Assembly (NCBI GenBank): GCA_951406725.2
Contig: OX597825.1
Coordinates: 67,270,001 to 67,334,000 of the forward strand
From: Octopus vulgaris
Taxonomy: Eukaryota
Direction of reading: 5' to 3'
DNA length: 64,000 nucleotides
The position numbers and the translations under genes are program-made. This document shows, in pieces, positions 61,944-64,000 of this stretch. Each line of letters opens with the position of its first letter. Position 1 is the stretch's first letter. The notes under the pieces were generated by a model that saw only the letters and a list, made by a program, of their open reading frames with translations, made no database searches and had not been told where the DNA came from.

Positions 61944-62005
61944 CATTATTATTATTATCATTATTATTATTATTATTATTATCATTATTATTATTATTAT
62001 TATTA

Positions 62006-62049
<44 letters not shown>

Positions 62050-62050
62050 G
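61800..62050. repeat. (ATT/ATC)n microsatellite
   Basis: Direct reading. Confidence 0.95.
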
Positions 62051-62599
62051 CTCTTATTATGGATGATAATAATAATGATAACAATAATAATATCCGAGAA
62101 TTTCAGCTGTTTCTGATCGAACTCTTTAATTATACCTTAACTGTTTGTTAAAAAACAGTTTTCCACTCTTTCATTCAAGAATATTGATAAATTGATAAAT
62201 ATTGCCTGATTATTTCGGAATCCATCCTAATTCCTTCAGGTAGAAAATAACTTTCTTTGTATCGTTTTATTTACATGTATACATCTTTGCCTTGAGCCAT
62301 TCACAATATTTATTCTTATTTCAAGATGGCGGCCTCAAATGAGATATCGTAGGAAATTGTGTTCAGCACGGTGTTGGTAGCAATAGCCTCAGTTAATGTA
62401 AACAAACACGCCACTCAATTATTTTCAAACATGAAAACATACTTAAAATAAACAGACAATGTAAAAATTAAACAGACAGTTAGCTTCAAGCACAAATTCC
62501 CATAGTTTCATGACGGAAAATACAAAATGGAATAATGTTCAAAACGTTACGTTCAGTGGAAAAGAAAAAGAGTCCACACTGTATAATTTTAAAAGTAAG

Positions 62600-62960
62600 C
62601 AAGCCATATCACTATTATTGTTTGTTCCGTAGCTGGGAATAAAATAACCGACGAAGGCAGAGATTATTCAACTGAACTGTTACAAAAAGAAATTTATAGT
62701 AGGCTGGCAAAAGAATATCAAAATTGTGATTGATCATCTAAATGCAAAAAGTGGCAGGACTATCGAAATTATAGAACATATGAGGCAATACATTGTGGTT
62801 ACGAATGCTAATGAAGTTGGTGCTAGAATGATGAATTTCTGTACACCAAACGATAAATAAAATGATATTAAAGCGAAACTTTTTTTTACTATCTCACAAA
62901 ACAATGATGCATTCCAAATTAATCAGGCATATTTGTCGATAGTGTAGAATGCGAGGATGG
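62600..62960 (+). pseudogene. Decayed RTE-like APE endonuclease remnant
   Basis: VIDHLNAKSG and NANEVGARMMNFC resemble GDxNAKVG and NxNGxRLxxFC. Confidence 0.5.
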
Positions 62961-63282
62961 AAATGAGAAAACTTGTTTTATTAATTAAATAATTGATACC
63001 ATCGCGATAATAAAACATTTTCTCAGAACCCATGGATTATTCTCTATTTATATTTAATCAAGTGAAGATTTCCCGAAATATAACCATAAAATAAACTATA
63101 CAGGCTGATACATCACCCTTCCTTTGTCTCCATATATTAATATTACTTTACATATTTTGTCTAAATTTTCATTTGCATTGCTTAAACCCCTTATTTTGTA
63201 ATGTTTATATTTGATTTATATTGAATTTATATCAGAGATGCCCACTTTATTGGAAATTAATGCCTAAAACAATAATAATAAT

Positions 63283-63494
63283 TCCTTCTACAATAAGCAC
63301 AAAACCTGAAATTTTTCTGGTAGGAGGTTAGACGATTAAAGTGGCCCCAGTGCACAGCAGGTTCTTATTTTATCGACTGGGAAACGATGGAAAGCGAAAC
63401 TGATCTCGGCGGAATTCGAACTCAGAACGTATAGACGGGCGCAATGCTGCTGAGCATTTTGCCCGGCGTGCAAAGGATTCTGCCAGCCACTGCC

Positions 63495-63539
<45 letters not shown>

Positions 63540-63890
63540 GTTACAACAACAAAAACAAGAACAACAACAATAAATTATAATAATATTTTGGTATAAAAGA
63601 TGGGGGCGATGAATTAAGTACCAGTTACGCACTGGCGTCGATGTAATCGACTTAGTCCCTTTGTTTGTCCTTGTTTGTCCAATCTATGTTTAGCCCTTTG
63701 TGGGTAGTAAAGAAATAGGTATTTTGTCTGCCGCTACGTTCTGAGATCAAATTCCGCAGAGTTCGACTTTGCCTTTCATCTTTTCAGGGTCGATAAGTTA
63801 AGTACCAGTTGAGTACTGGAGTCGATGTAATCGACTTGCCCCTTCCCCAAAAATTTCAGGCCTTATGCCTATAGTAGAAAGGATTATTAT
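63283..63890. mobile_element. SINE A/B copies: minus 63283-63497 and plus tail-A/tail-B dimer 63612-63890
   Basis: Core matches; junction AAAGAAATA|GGTATTTTGTCTG. Confidence 0.85.
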
Positions 63891-63922
63891 TACTATTCTT
63901 CTTCTTCTTCTTCTTCTTCTTC

Positions 63923-64000
<78 letters not shown>

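Noticed and set aside
62322-62410. YY1 motif AAGATGGCGGC and FOX motif GTAAACAAA as a promoter
   Set aside because: Short motifs with no associated gene or other support.

Overview
AT-rich eukaryotic genomic DNA dominated by microsatellites and retroposons. The SINE families look like those of Octopus or another cephalopod (recognition only, not verified by search). There is no confident host gene, and nearly all long ORFs in the track are microsatellite artefacts. The real coding sequence is transposon-derived: two young CR1-group LINE families with open ORF2s inserted in a ~10 kb (TA)n field, decayed RTE, Dong/R4, Penelope (GIY-YIG) and L1/Tx1-like remnants, a decayed maT-like Tc1/mariner element, a non-autonomous Helitron and a fold-back MITE. 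Five observations stand out. (1) Two LINE families, a tail-only fragment and a SINE share a covarying 3' hairpin plus short tandem-repeat tail, and all insert in (TA)n. (2) A tRNA-headed short element carries a minimal hammerhead ribozyme and integrates in Penelope-style inverted arrangements. (3) A second hammerhead-like family has a fixed non-canonical CUGU-N-GA core. (4) One SINE tail is repeatedly joined to GGTAT(T) targets. (5) There is a possible small two-exon secreted-peptide gene near 1.7-2.1 kb.
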